Assembly: GCA_964057225.1 (NCBI GenBank)
Contig: CAXKVF010000076.1
Span: 186,001 to 250,000, forward strand
Direction of reading: 5' to 3'
Source of the DNA: Auanema rhodensis
Taxonomy: Eukaryota; Animalia; Nematoda
DNA length: 64,000 bases
Under the pieces are notes generated by a model that saw only the letters and a program-made list of their open reading frames with translations, was not told the DNA's origin and did no database searches. The position numbers were made by a program, and so were the translations under genes. Below are positions 54,885 through 64,000 of this stretch, in pieces. Every line of letters starts with the position of its first letter. The stretch's first letter is position 1.

Positions 54885-55344
54885 CAGTTCAACAATACCA
54901 CAGGTTACAATATATGAGTGAAAAATGTGTGTTGTCGTGTGAAAAAAAAAGATTAACCTTTCGGTAGTTGAGAAAAAGATAAGAAAAAGAGAGAACACTA
55001 ACGTAATGTTCGATTTGTGAAACTTGAAACACCATGTTCTTGACGATTGTTGTGAGAAGACTTTTACTGATCTCAGCTTTGAAATAAGAAACAATTCGAA
55101 GCTTATCACTTCTACCGTTGACGAGGTGCGGTGATACCAAGAAAACAAAGGTCAAGCCCGTTCTGTCAATGAGTGATAACCACGCTCTGACCGTATGACT
55201 CATGTCTATAGGTCGGATGCGCGGGAAATACTGAGTCAGGTAAACAAAGGAGACAAGAAAACAGGTAGAGTAAGCTCACAGAAACGAAAAAAAACAAAAA
55301 AAATAGTGAAATATATATGTAGTTAACAATAGCAACAATACATG

Positions 55345-58215
55345 TTAAATTTTACAATTGCGAAATTTACAGTTTTTCAGGTAGCTACGAAAATTATACG
55401 TTTTCTCAATATTAACAAACATGGGATGAAGTTCATTCCAATCTTGGATCCAGCGATATTCAAAACTTGATAATGCAGCTTTTGAGAAGTACTGTGGTGC
55501 TACCAAAAGATAATCATGCTGACGAAATGAATATTGATGCTCTTTTAGTCTGAACAAGGTTTTACTAAGGATTGAGTTACCCTTTGCTATTTTGAAATAT
55601 TGGCAAAAATCAGCGATAACACGTCTGTTTATCAGCTCATCTGCCTTGAGGAACTCGAGCTTATTCATGTAGCCATGAATCTCAAGATTGGCACGCTTAA
55701 AAATCGCGTTGACAAACCTTTTTTGAACACTCTCTATAAATTGAATGTCTTTTTTGAGGTATGGAGACCAAACCTCAGAGGCATACTCCAATATAGGTCT
55801 AACATAGCAACAAAACAAACGGAAGAGTAGTTTGGGGCAAGAACTGTTGAAGCATCTCAGAATGAGCTTACAACGTTTGGTAGCGGTAGAGGTAATTGAT
55901 TGAAAGTGGGGACCAAAAGAAAGGTTTTTGTCTATAATAACTCCCAAATCTTTAAAGTTATTGACGGATTCAAGTAAACAGTCATTGATTTGAAAGCTCA
56001 CAGCGCCTTCAACTTTCCCTATAACCATGATTTTAGACTTTTTAACGTTTATGAGCATATCATTGCTTTTACACCAAGCTGAAAGAAAATCAAGTGAACA
56101 CTGCAGGCTAGGAGCATTTGCCGAGAATAGTTTAATATCGTCAGCATAAGCAATAGCTTGAGTGTCGCCTGTAAATTTTTCCAGTAAATCATTAACATAC
56201 AAAAGAAAGAAAAGAGGGCCCAAAACAGTCCCTTGAGGAACACCGCAATGTATTTCCCGGGGTTTAGATAAAACATCGCCCTGTACAACAGAGAATGATC
56301 TACCAGCAAGAAATTGTTTGAAAAATTTAATGAGCGAGCTATGTAAACCAAAAGAGTGTAATTTATGCAGCAAAATATCATGATTTATTTTATCAAATGC
56401 TTTTGAGAAATCAATAAAAGCAGTATAAATTGCGTTGCGGCGTTCCTTAAGGCATCTCCATTGAGAGTGAGCACTCAGAAGTGCGGTAGACGTGCTACAA
56501 CCAGGAAGAAAACCATGCTGAGAAGAACAAATTAGATTTTTACGAAGTAAATAATCTATTAATTCTTTTCTTATGATGCGTTCAAAAACTTTAGAGATAG
56601 AAGCAGTTAAAGAGATAGGCCTGTAATTTTTAGGATCACTGACGTTACCAGATTTATAGACGGGTTTAACCCATGCTGTTTTCCACCCGTTAGGACAAAC
56701 ACCAAACGACACAAACGCATTGAAAAAATATGTAATAGGACGAACAAGAGAAGGAGCACACCTATTAAGAAATAAATAGGGGATTCCATCAGGTGACGTA
56801 CATACACGATTAGGAAGGTTTCTGAGAAACTTATAGACTGTAAGTTCCTCGATGTAGACATGCTTTTGTGGACTGGTAACAGCAGACTTGTTTGTAGGAC
56901 ATGGAGAACATTGACTATTGTATGGCGTGGAAAAAGGTTCAGAAAACATTTCTGATAGTAAGTTAGCTTTATCAACTGAATCTGATATTGTGTTGTTGTT
57001 ATGTTTGAGAAAAGGTGCTTCCACTGAACCACCCAAACGACCGCGACAAAATTTGTAAAACAATTTTTGATTACCTTGAAGAGAAATTTTATGTTCTTCA
57101 AAAGCACGTTGGCGTTTGATCAAGCCGTTTAATCTACGTACAAGCGCACGGTATCTAACAGAAGACGTGACACCAAAACATTTAGACAGCCTAGCAAGTC
57201 TGTTGTTAAGTAAAGATATGGAACGTGCAATGGACTGCTTGGTTTTAGTAACTTTGAAATTAGGGACATTACAGCGGATGACATCTCTGAGTATTTCAGT
57301 GAATGATTCATACGCCGTACAAACATCTAGATGTGAAAAAGAGTGTACAAAGTCAATAGAGCTGATTATATAGTTAATTTTATTATAATCTGCCGCATTG
57401 AAATTTCTTGAAAGCAAACGTTTAGGATGACAGATAGAGAGTTTAGGAGAACTGAGGCTGGACTGGGAGATAGTTCTAAGGTTGAGATTACCGTTAAAAC
57501 GTTGGGGTGATAATAAATTATTACAATCGACATGGAAAAAAAGAGATTGATGATCGGAAGTGCCAAAGGGTGGTAAACAATCAATATCGGAAACAGTTTC
57601 AGATACATTAGTTACAACACAATCCAGAGTAAATGTACTACGAGTGGGAAAGGACACAAGTTGGGAGCATCCTTTGGATACAATAAATTCTAAGAAGGAT
57701 TTGGCTTGGGGGGAGTTTTTAGTCAGAGAGTAATTTTCCCAGTTGATACGAGAAAAATTAAAATCGCCAATGAGAATAAATTTTTCTTTGAACATTTCAC
57801 AAGAATTGAGATAATCAAGGAAAAGGTTGAAAGATGCGGTTGAGCAAGATGGGGCACGGTAACATATACAAAAAGTAAGAAAAGGGGGGGAAGCTAATGT
57901 GAAACATACAACTTGACAATAATTGCTAAAAGAATGTGAGGTAACATTGATTAAAGAGAGGTGTTTTTTGATCAAAACCAAAACACCACCTCCTCTAGTA
58001 TCAACACTCCTATCACTACGGATAACATAATATAAATCAGAAAGTGGTAAAGTTGAGCTACAGATATCACTATTTAGCCAACTTTCATTGAAACAAATAA
58101 TGTCAGGGTTATAAGCAGTGGAAACAAAATTGAAATGGGGGAATTTGTTCAAAACAGAACGAGCATTAGAGAAATAGACCGAGAGGGGGGCAGGGAAAGA
58201 AGTATGATTAACGAA
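55345..58215 (-). CDS. LINE 2 ORF2: apurinic-like endonuclease + reverse transcriptase (no AUG start; probably entered by +1 frameshift from ORF1)
   Basis: The frame extends upstream of the track's TTG start (58152) as FVNHTSFPAPLSVYFSNARSV-LNKF, which supplies the first APE motif NARS. Then FNESW, RGGGV, CYRAP, GDFNF, LDC, SDH, SPDGI, NYRPISLT, FIDFSKAFD, GVPQGTVLGP, YADD, KDLG, YVRPILEY. Confidence 0.95.
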   Translation of the reverse strand, partial: FVNHTSFPAPLSVYFSNARSVLNKFPHFNFVSTAYNPDIICFNESWLNSDICSSTLPLSDLYYVIRSDRSVDTRGGGVLVLIKKHLSLINVTSHSFSNYCQVVCFTLASPPFLTFCICYRAPSCSTASFNLFLDYLNSCEMFKEKFILIGDFNFSRINWENYSLTKNSPQAKSFLEFIVSKGCSQLVSFPTRSTFTLDCVVTNVSETVSDIDCLPPFGTSDHQSLFFHVDCNNLLSPQRFNGNLNLRTISQSSLSSPKLSICHPKRLLSRNFNAADYNKINYIISSIDFVHSFSHLDVCTAYESFTEILRDVIRCNVPNFKVTKTKQSIARSISLLNNRLARLSKCFGVTSSVRYRALVRRLNGLIKRQRAFEEHKISLQGNQKLFYKFCRGRLGGSVEAPFLKHNNNTISDSVDKANLLSEMFSEPFSTPYNSQCSPCPTNKSAVTSPQKHVYIEELTVYKFLRNLPNRVCTSPDGIPYLFLNRCAPSLVRPITYFFNAFVSFGVCPNGWKTAWVKPVYKSGNVSDPKNYRPISLTASISKVFERIIRKELIDYLLRKNLICSSQHGFLPGCSTSTALLSAHSQWRCLKERRNAIYTAFIDFSKAFDKINHDILLHKLHSFGLHSSLIKFFKQFLAGRSFSVVQGDVLSKPREIHCGVPQGTVLGPLFFLLYVNDLLEKFTGDTQAIAYADDIKLFSANAPSLQCSLDFLSAWCKSNDMLINVKKSKIMVIGKVEGAVSFQINDCLLESVNNFKDLGVIIDKNLSFGPHFQSITSTATKRCKLILRCFNSSCPKLLFRLFCCYVRPILEYASEVWSPYLKKDIQFIESVQKRFVNAIFKRANLEIHGYMNKLEFLKADELINRRVIADFCQYFKIAKGNSILSKTLFRLKEHQYSFRQHDYLLVAPQYFSKAALSSFEYRWIQDWNELHPMFVNIEKTYNFRSYLKNCKFRNCKI

Positions 58216-59224
58216 AGCTATGTTTTGGAGGTGGAAGTGATTTGGTGGAGGGAGTATGATTAGGAACTAGGGGGAGACTTGAGGTAGGGTCAGATAGGGA
58301 AGGTGCGGTAAGAGGTATTGTTGGGTTTTTAACTCTGGGACAAGAGAGTGATCTCAGAGCATAAGGAGCATGTCGTGTTTTTCGTCTTGAGGGTGAAGGA
58401 AATTGACAAGAAGACCTGTCGACCTGAAGAGAAGTACGGCTTGCTTTGGAAGGTGGAGGAGCAATTTGTACAATATTTGGGGAAGAAGGGGAAACAGGAG
58501 AAATAAGATGAGTACAGGTAGGAGCTGGAGTAGGAGAACTAATTGAGGATATTTTTTTGATGACCTTAACAATTTTGAAATTACGAACAATATGAAGGGT
58601 GTTAGTCCCAGTAGAATTCATAACCTTGCACTTTTCCTTCAATTCACGTTCAAGTTCTATTTCGAAAGGGAAATAGTCTCTTCTCACAAAAGTTTTTTTG
58701 AGTGAAGCGGAAAGAACTTCTTTGTGATTGCGGATTAGTTGTATGCAAGTATCACGAATTTGTTCACTAGGGCAATTTATAGCAATAGGGCCAGGGAGTT
58801 TGGTCTTAGAATTGTAGCGGGTAACAACAATTGCACGAGAGCTTAATAAACTACATATTTCAGTGTTCTTGGACAGATTAAGAACATCCGACACAAGAGA
58901 AGTGGGATCGGAGGAAAAGTCCGTACTGCTCAATGGAACATTGAACCAAAGGAGTTTTGTAGCACGGTCAGGGAATTTCGACTTTTCTGAACTTATGTTA
59001 ACTAAATTAGATACAACCTCTTGAGAAGTACCATTTTTGAGCGAGCTACAAAGTGAGGCAACCTTTGATTCTAGTTCCGCAATACGGGTACAATTAGAAT
59101 TAACGGTAGTTTGGATAGAGAAAATAATGCCACGTAATTCAGAAGAGAATTGGGAGAAAGATTCTTTGAGAGAATCAGAAAGTGCGGTAAAATCGGATTT
59201 TGAAACAGATTGGGAAAAGGACAT
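58208..59224 (-). CDS. LINE 2 ORF1 (338 aa), homolog of LINE 1 ORF1
   Basis: ATG at 59224 (MSFSQSVSK). The 42 upstream residues in the ORF track come mostly from satellite. Shares motif blocks with the other ORF1 and ends in SFR-stop. Confidence 0.88.
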   Translation of the reverse strand: MSFSQSVSKSDFTALSDSLKESFSQFSSELRGIIFSIQTTVNSNCTRIAELESKVASLCSSLKNGTSQEVVSNLVNISSEKSKFPDRATKLLWFNVPLSSTDFSSDPTSLVSDVLNLSKNTEICSLLSSRAIVVTRYNSKTKLPGPIAINCPSEQIRDTCIQLIRNHKEVLSASLKKTFVRRDYFPFEIELERELKEKCKVMNSTGTNTLHIVRNFKIVKVIKKISSISSPTPAPTCTHLISPVSPSSPNIVQIAPPPSKASRTSLQVDRSSCQFPSPSRRKTRHAPYALRSLSCPRVKNPTIPLTAPSLSDPTSSLPLVPNHTPSTKSLPPPKHSFR

Positions 59225-59248
59225 AGTGAAAAAAGGAATGAAAAACAC

Positions 59249-62200
59249 ATATGGACATGGGGAATCTAATTTTGAAAACCGCATCTCTTCATCTTTCACG
59301 TGAAGCGAGTTACATACCAAGTGCACATCACGTGTACATTTAATTAGCATAAATTAAAGTTCACGTAAATTTCAAAGTCATGGTTACCATGAAGCAATAT
59401 CAATAAAAATTTGTTTTTAGACTAATATGGACATGGGGAATCTAATTTTGAAAACCGCATCTCTTCATCTTTCACGTGAAGCGAGTTACATACCAAGTGC
59501 ACATCACGTGTACATTTAATTAGCATAAATTAAAGTTCACGTAAATTTCAAAGTCATGGTTACCATGCACCAATATCAATAAAAATTTGTTTTTAGACTA
59601 ATATGGACATGGGGAATCTAATTTTGAAAACCGCATCTCTTTATCTTTCACGTGAAGCGAGTTACATACCAAGTGCACATCACGTGTACATTTAATTAGC
59701 ATAAATTAAAGTTCACGTAAATTTCAAAGTCATGGTTACCATGCACCAATATCAATAAAAATTTGTTTTTAGACTAATATGGACATGGGGAATCTAATTT
59801 TGAAAACCGCATCTCTTTATCTTTCACGTGAAGCGAGTTACATACCAAGTGCACATCTCGTGTACATTTAATTAGCATAAATTAAAGTTCACGTAAATTT
59901 CAAAGTCATGGTTACCATGAAGCAATATCACTAAAAATTTGTTTTTAGACTAATATGGACATGGGGAATCTAATTTTGAAAACCGCATCTCTTTATCTTT
60001 CACGTGAAGCGAGTTACATACCAAGTGCACATCACGTGTACATTTAATTAGCATAAATTAAAGTTCACGTAAATTTCAAAGTCATGGTTACCATGAACCA
60101 ATATCAATAAAAATTTGTTTTTAGACTAATATGGACATGGGGAATCTAATTTTAAAAACCGCATCTCTTTATCTTTCACGTGAAGCGAGTTACATACCAA
60201 GTGCACATCACGTGTACATTTAATTAGCATAAATTAAAGTTCACGTAAATTTCAAAGTCATGGTTACCATGAAGCAATATCAATAAAAATTTGTTTTTAG
60301 ACTAATATGGACATGGGGAATCTAATTTTGAAAACCGCATCTCTTTATCTTTCACGTGAAGCGAGTTACACACCAAGTGCACATCACGTGTACATTTAAT
60401 TAGCATAAATTAAAGTTCACGTAAATTTCAAAGTCATGGTTACCATGAACCAATATCAATAAAAATTTGTTTTTAGACTAATATGGACATGGGGAATCTA
60501 ATTTTGAAAACCGCATCTCTTTATCTTTCACGTGAAGCGAGTTACATACCAAGTGCACATCACGTGTACATTTAATTAGCATAAATTAAAGTTCACGTAA
60601 ATTTCAAAGTCATGGTTACCATGCACCAATATCAATAAAAATTTGTTTTTAGACTAATATGGACATGGGGAATCTAATTTTGAAAACCGCATCTCTTTAT
60701 CTTTCACGTGAAGCGAGTTACATACCAAGTGCACATCACGTGTACATTTAATTAGCATAAATTAAAGTTCACGTAAATTTCAAAGTCATGGTTACCATGC
60801 ACCAATATCAATAAAAATTTGTTTTTAGACTAATATGGACATGGGGAATCTAATTTTGAAAACCGCATCTCTTTATCTTTCACGTGAAGCGAGTTACATA
60901 CCAAGTGCACATCACGTGTACATTTAATTAGCATAAATTAAAGTTCACGTAAATTTCAAAGTCATGGTTACCATGCACCAATATCAATAAAAATTTGTTT
61001 TTAGACTAATATGGACATGAGGAATCTAATTTTGAAAACCGCATCTCTTTATCTTTCACGTGAAGCGAGTTACATACCGAGTGCACATCACGTGTACATT
61101 TAATTAGCATAAATTAAAGTTCACGTAAATTTCAAAGTCATGGTTACCATGCACCAATATCAATAAAAATTTGTTTTTAGACTAATATGGACATGGGGAA
61201 TCTAATTTTGAAAACCGCATCTCTTCATCTTTCACGTGAAGCGAGTTACATACCAAGTGCACATCACGTGTACATTTAATTAGCATAAATTAAAGTTCAC
61301 GTAAATTTCAAAGTCATGGTTACCATGAACCAATATCAATTAAAATTTGTTTTTAGACTAATATGGACATGGGCAATCTAATTTTGAAAACCGCATCTCT
61401 TTATCTTTCACGTGAAGCGAGTTACATACCAAGTGCACATCACGTGTACATTTAATTAGCATAAATTAAAGTTCACGTAAATTTCAAAGTCATGGTTACC
61501 ATGCACCAATATCAATAAAAATTTGTTTTTAGACTAATATGGACATGGGGAATCTAATTTTGAAAACCGCATCTCTTTATCTTTCACGTGAAGCGAGTTA
61601 CATACCAAGTGCACATCACGTGTACATTTAATTAGCATAAATTAAAGTTCACGTAAATTTCAAAGTCATGGTTACCATGCACCAATATCAATAAAAATTT
61701 GTTTTTAGACTAATATGGACATGGGGAATCTAATTTTGAAAACCGCATCTCTTCATCTTTCACGTGAAGCGAGTTACATACCAAGTGCACATCACGTGTA
61801 CATTTAATTAGCATAAATTAAAGTTCACGTAAATTTCAAAGTCATGGTTACCATGCACCAATATCAATAAAAATTTGTTTTTAGACTAATATGGACATGG
61901 GGAATCTAATTTTGAAAACCGCATCTCTTTATCTTTCACGTGAAGCGAGTTACATACCAAGTGCACATCACGTGTACATTTAATTAGCATAAATTAAAGT
62001 TCACGTAAATTTCAAAGTCATGGTTACCATGCACCAATATCAATAAAAATTTGTTTTTAGACTAATATGGACATGGGGAATCTAATTTTGAAAACCGCAT
62101 CTCTTTATCTTTCACGTGAAGCGAGTTACATACCAAGTGCACATCACGTGTACATTTAATTAGCATAAATTAAAGTTCACGTAAATTTCAAAGTCATGGT

Positions 62201-64000
62201 TACCATGAACCAATATCAATAAAAATTTGTTTTTAGACTAATATGGACATGGGGAATCTAATTTTAAAAACCGCATCTCTTTATCTTTCACGTGAAGCGA
62301 GTTACATACCAAGTGCACATCACGTGTACATTTAATTAGCATAAATTAAAGTTCACGTAAATTTCAAAGTCATGGTTACCATGAAGCAATATCAATAAAA
62401 ATTTGTTTTTAGACTAATATGGACATGGGGAATCTAATTTTGAAAACCGCATCTCTTTATCTTTCACGTGAAGCGAGTTACACACCAAGTGCACATCACG
62501 TGTACATTTAATTAGCATAAATTAAAGTTCACGTAAATTTCAAAGTCATGGTTACCATGAACCAATATCAATAAAAATTTGTTTTTAGACTAATATGGAC
62601 ATGGGGAATCTAATTTTGAAAACCGCATCTCTTTATCTTTCACGTGAAGCGAGTTACATACCAAGTGCACATCACGTGTACATTTAATTAGCATAAATTA
62701 AAGTTCACGTAAATTTCAAAGTCATGGTTACCATGCACCAATATCAATAAAAATTTGTTTTTAGACTAATATGGACATGGGGAATCTAATTTTGAAAACC
62801 GCATCTCTTTATCTTTCACGTGAAGCGAGTTACATACCAAGTGCACATCACGTGTACATTTAATTAGCATAAATTAAAGTTCACGTAAATTTCAAAGTCA
62901 TGGTTACCATGCACCAATATCAATAAAAATTTGTTTTTAGACTAATATGGACATGGGGAATCTAATTTTGAAAACCGCATCTCTTTATCTTTCACGTGAA
63001 GCGAGTTACATACCAAGTGCACATCACGTGTACATTTAATTAGCATAAATTAAAGTTCACGTAAATTTCAAAGTCATGGTTACCATGCACCAATATCAAT
63101 AAAAATTTGTTTTTAGACTAATATGGACATGAGGAATCTAATTTTGAAAACCGCATCTCTTTATCTTTCACGTGAAGCGAGTTACATACCGAGTGCACAT
63201 CACGTGTACATTTAATTAGCATAAATTAAAGTTCACGTAAATTTCAAAGTCATGGTTACCATGCACCAATATCAATAAAAATTTGTTTTTAGACTAATAT
63301 GGACATGGGGAATCTAATTTTGAAAACCGCATCTCTTCATCTTTCACGTGAAGCGAGTTACATACCAAGTGCACATCACGTGTACATTTAATTAGCATAA
63401 ATTAAAGTTCACGTAAATTTCAAAGTCATGGTTACCATGAACCAATATCAATTAAAATTTGTTTTTAGACTAATATGGACATGGGCAATCTAATTTTGAA
63501 AACCGCATCTCTTTATCTTTCACGTGAAGCGAGTTACATACCAAGTGCACATCACGTGTACATTTAATTAGCATAAATTAAAGTTCACGTAAATTTCAAA
63601 GTCATGGTTACCATGCACCAATATCAATAAAAATTTGTTTTTAGACTAATATGGACATGGGGAATCTAATTTTGAAAACCGCATCTCTTTATCTTTCACG
63701 TGAAGCGAGTTACATACCAAGTGCACATCACGTGTACATTTAATTAGCATAAATTAAAGTTCACGTAAATTTCAAAGTCATGGTTACCATGCACCAATAT
63801 CAATAAAAATTTGTTTTTAGACTAATATGGACATGGGGAATCTAATTTTGAAAACCGCATCTCTTCATCTTTCACGTGAAGCGAGTTACATACCAAGTGC
63901 ACATCACGTGTACATTTAATTAGCATAAATTAAAGTTCACGTAAATTTCAAAGTCATGGTTACCATGCACCAATATCAATAAAAATTTGTTTTTAGACTA
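59249..64000 (-). repeat. 176-bp satellite array, orientation B, 27 monomers, runs off the right window edge
   Basis: Resumes in register (ATATGGACATGGGGAATC), period 176. Confidence 0.99.
59935..64000 (-). repeat. Local higher-order repeat: 12-monomer (2112 bp) tandem duplication, second copy cut by the window end
   Basis: Variants recur at +2112: TTTAAAA 60154/62266, ACACACC 60371/62483, ATGAGG 61020/63132, ACCGAG 61079/63191, CTTCAT 61226/63338, GGGCAA 61374/63486. Confidence 0.9.

Larger units (their letters stand above)
54865..59248 (-). mobile_element. Non-LTR retrotransposon (LINE) 2, a different family of the same group, ~4.4 kb, probably truncated in its 5' UTR but with both ORFs intact
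   Basis: Interrupts a monomer at ACTA-ATAT-GGAC with a duplicated ATAT (54861-54864 and 59249-59252). Has a TAAA/TAAAA tail. Only 24 nt lie between the 5' junction and the ORF1 ATG. Confidence 0.94.

Noticed and set aside
59225-59350. 42-aa N-terminal extension of LINE 2 ORF1 as part of the native protein
   Set aside because: Mostly satellite sequence beyond the TSD, created by the insertion.

Overview
Eukaryotic satellite-DNA window. About 85% is a highly homogeneous, AT-rich 176-bp tandem repeat (roughly 310 monomers). The array runs in one orientation over 1-5029 and in the opposite orientation from 5049 to the end. The switch looks like a fold-back (inverted duplication): monomer variants mirror each other across it, and there is a 19-bp templated filler at the junction. 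Two distinct, apparently intact non-LTR retrotransposons interrupt the array on the minus strand (21273-26274 and 54865-59248). Each has ORF1, an APE-endonuclease/reverse-transcriptase ORF2, a (TAAA)n-type tail and a short target-site duplication, and both look CR1/L2-group-like. The most striking observation is that neither ORF2 has an AUG ahead of its endonuclease domain. In both divergent elements ORF1 ends in ..C_UUU_CGU_UAA with ORF2 open in the +1 frame. This matches the +1 ribosomal frameshift motif of influenza PA-X and amalgaviruses, and predicts an ORF1-ORF2 fusion of about 1,290 aa. Other points of interest are a conserved non-coding motif in both 3' UTRs, a 21-bp tandem array of Inr-like units at the 5' end of element 1, many local higher-order repeats, and phased ACGTG/E-box palindromes in the monomer. 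No host genes, RNA genes or CRISPR arrays were seen. The host is not identifiable with confidence; an invertebrate, possibly a nematode, is a weak inference from the LINE proteins.
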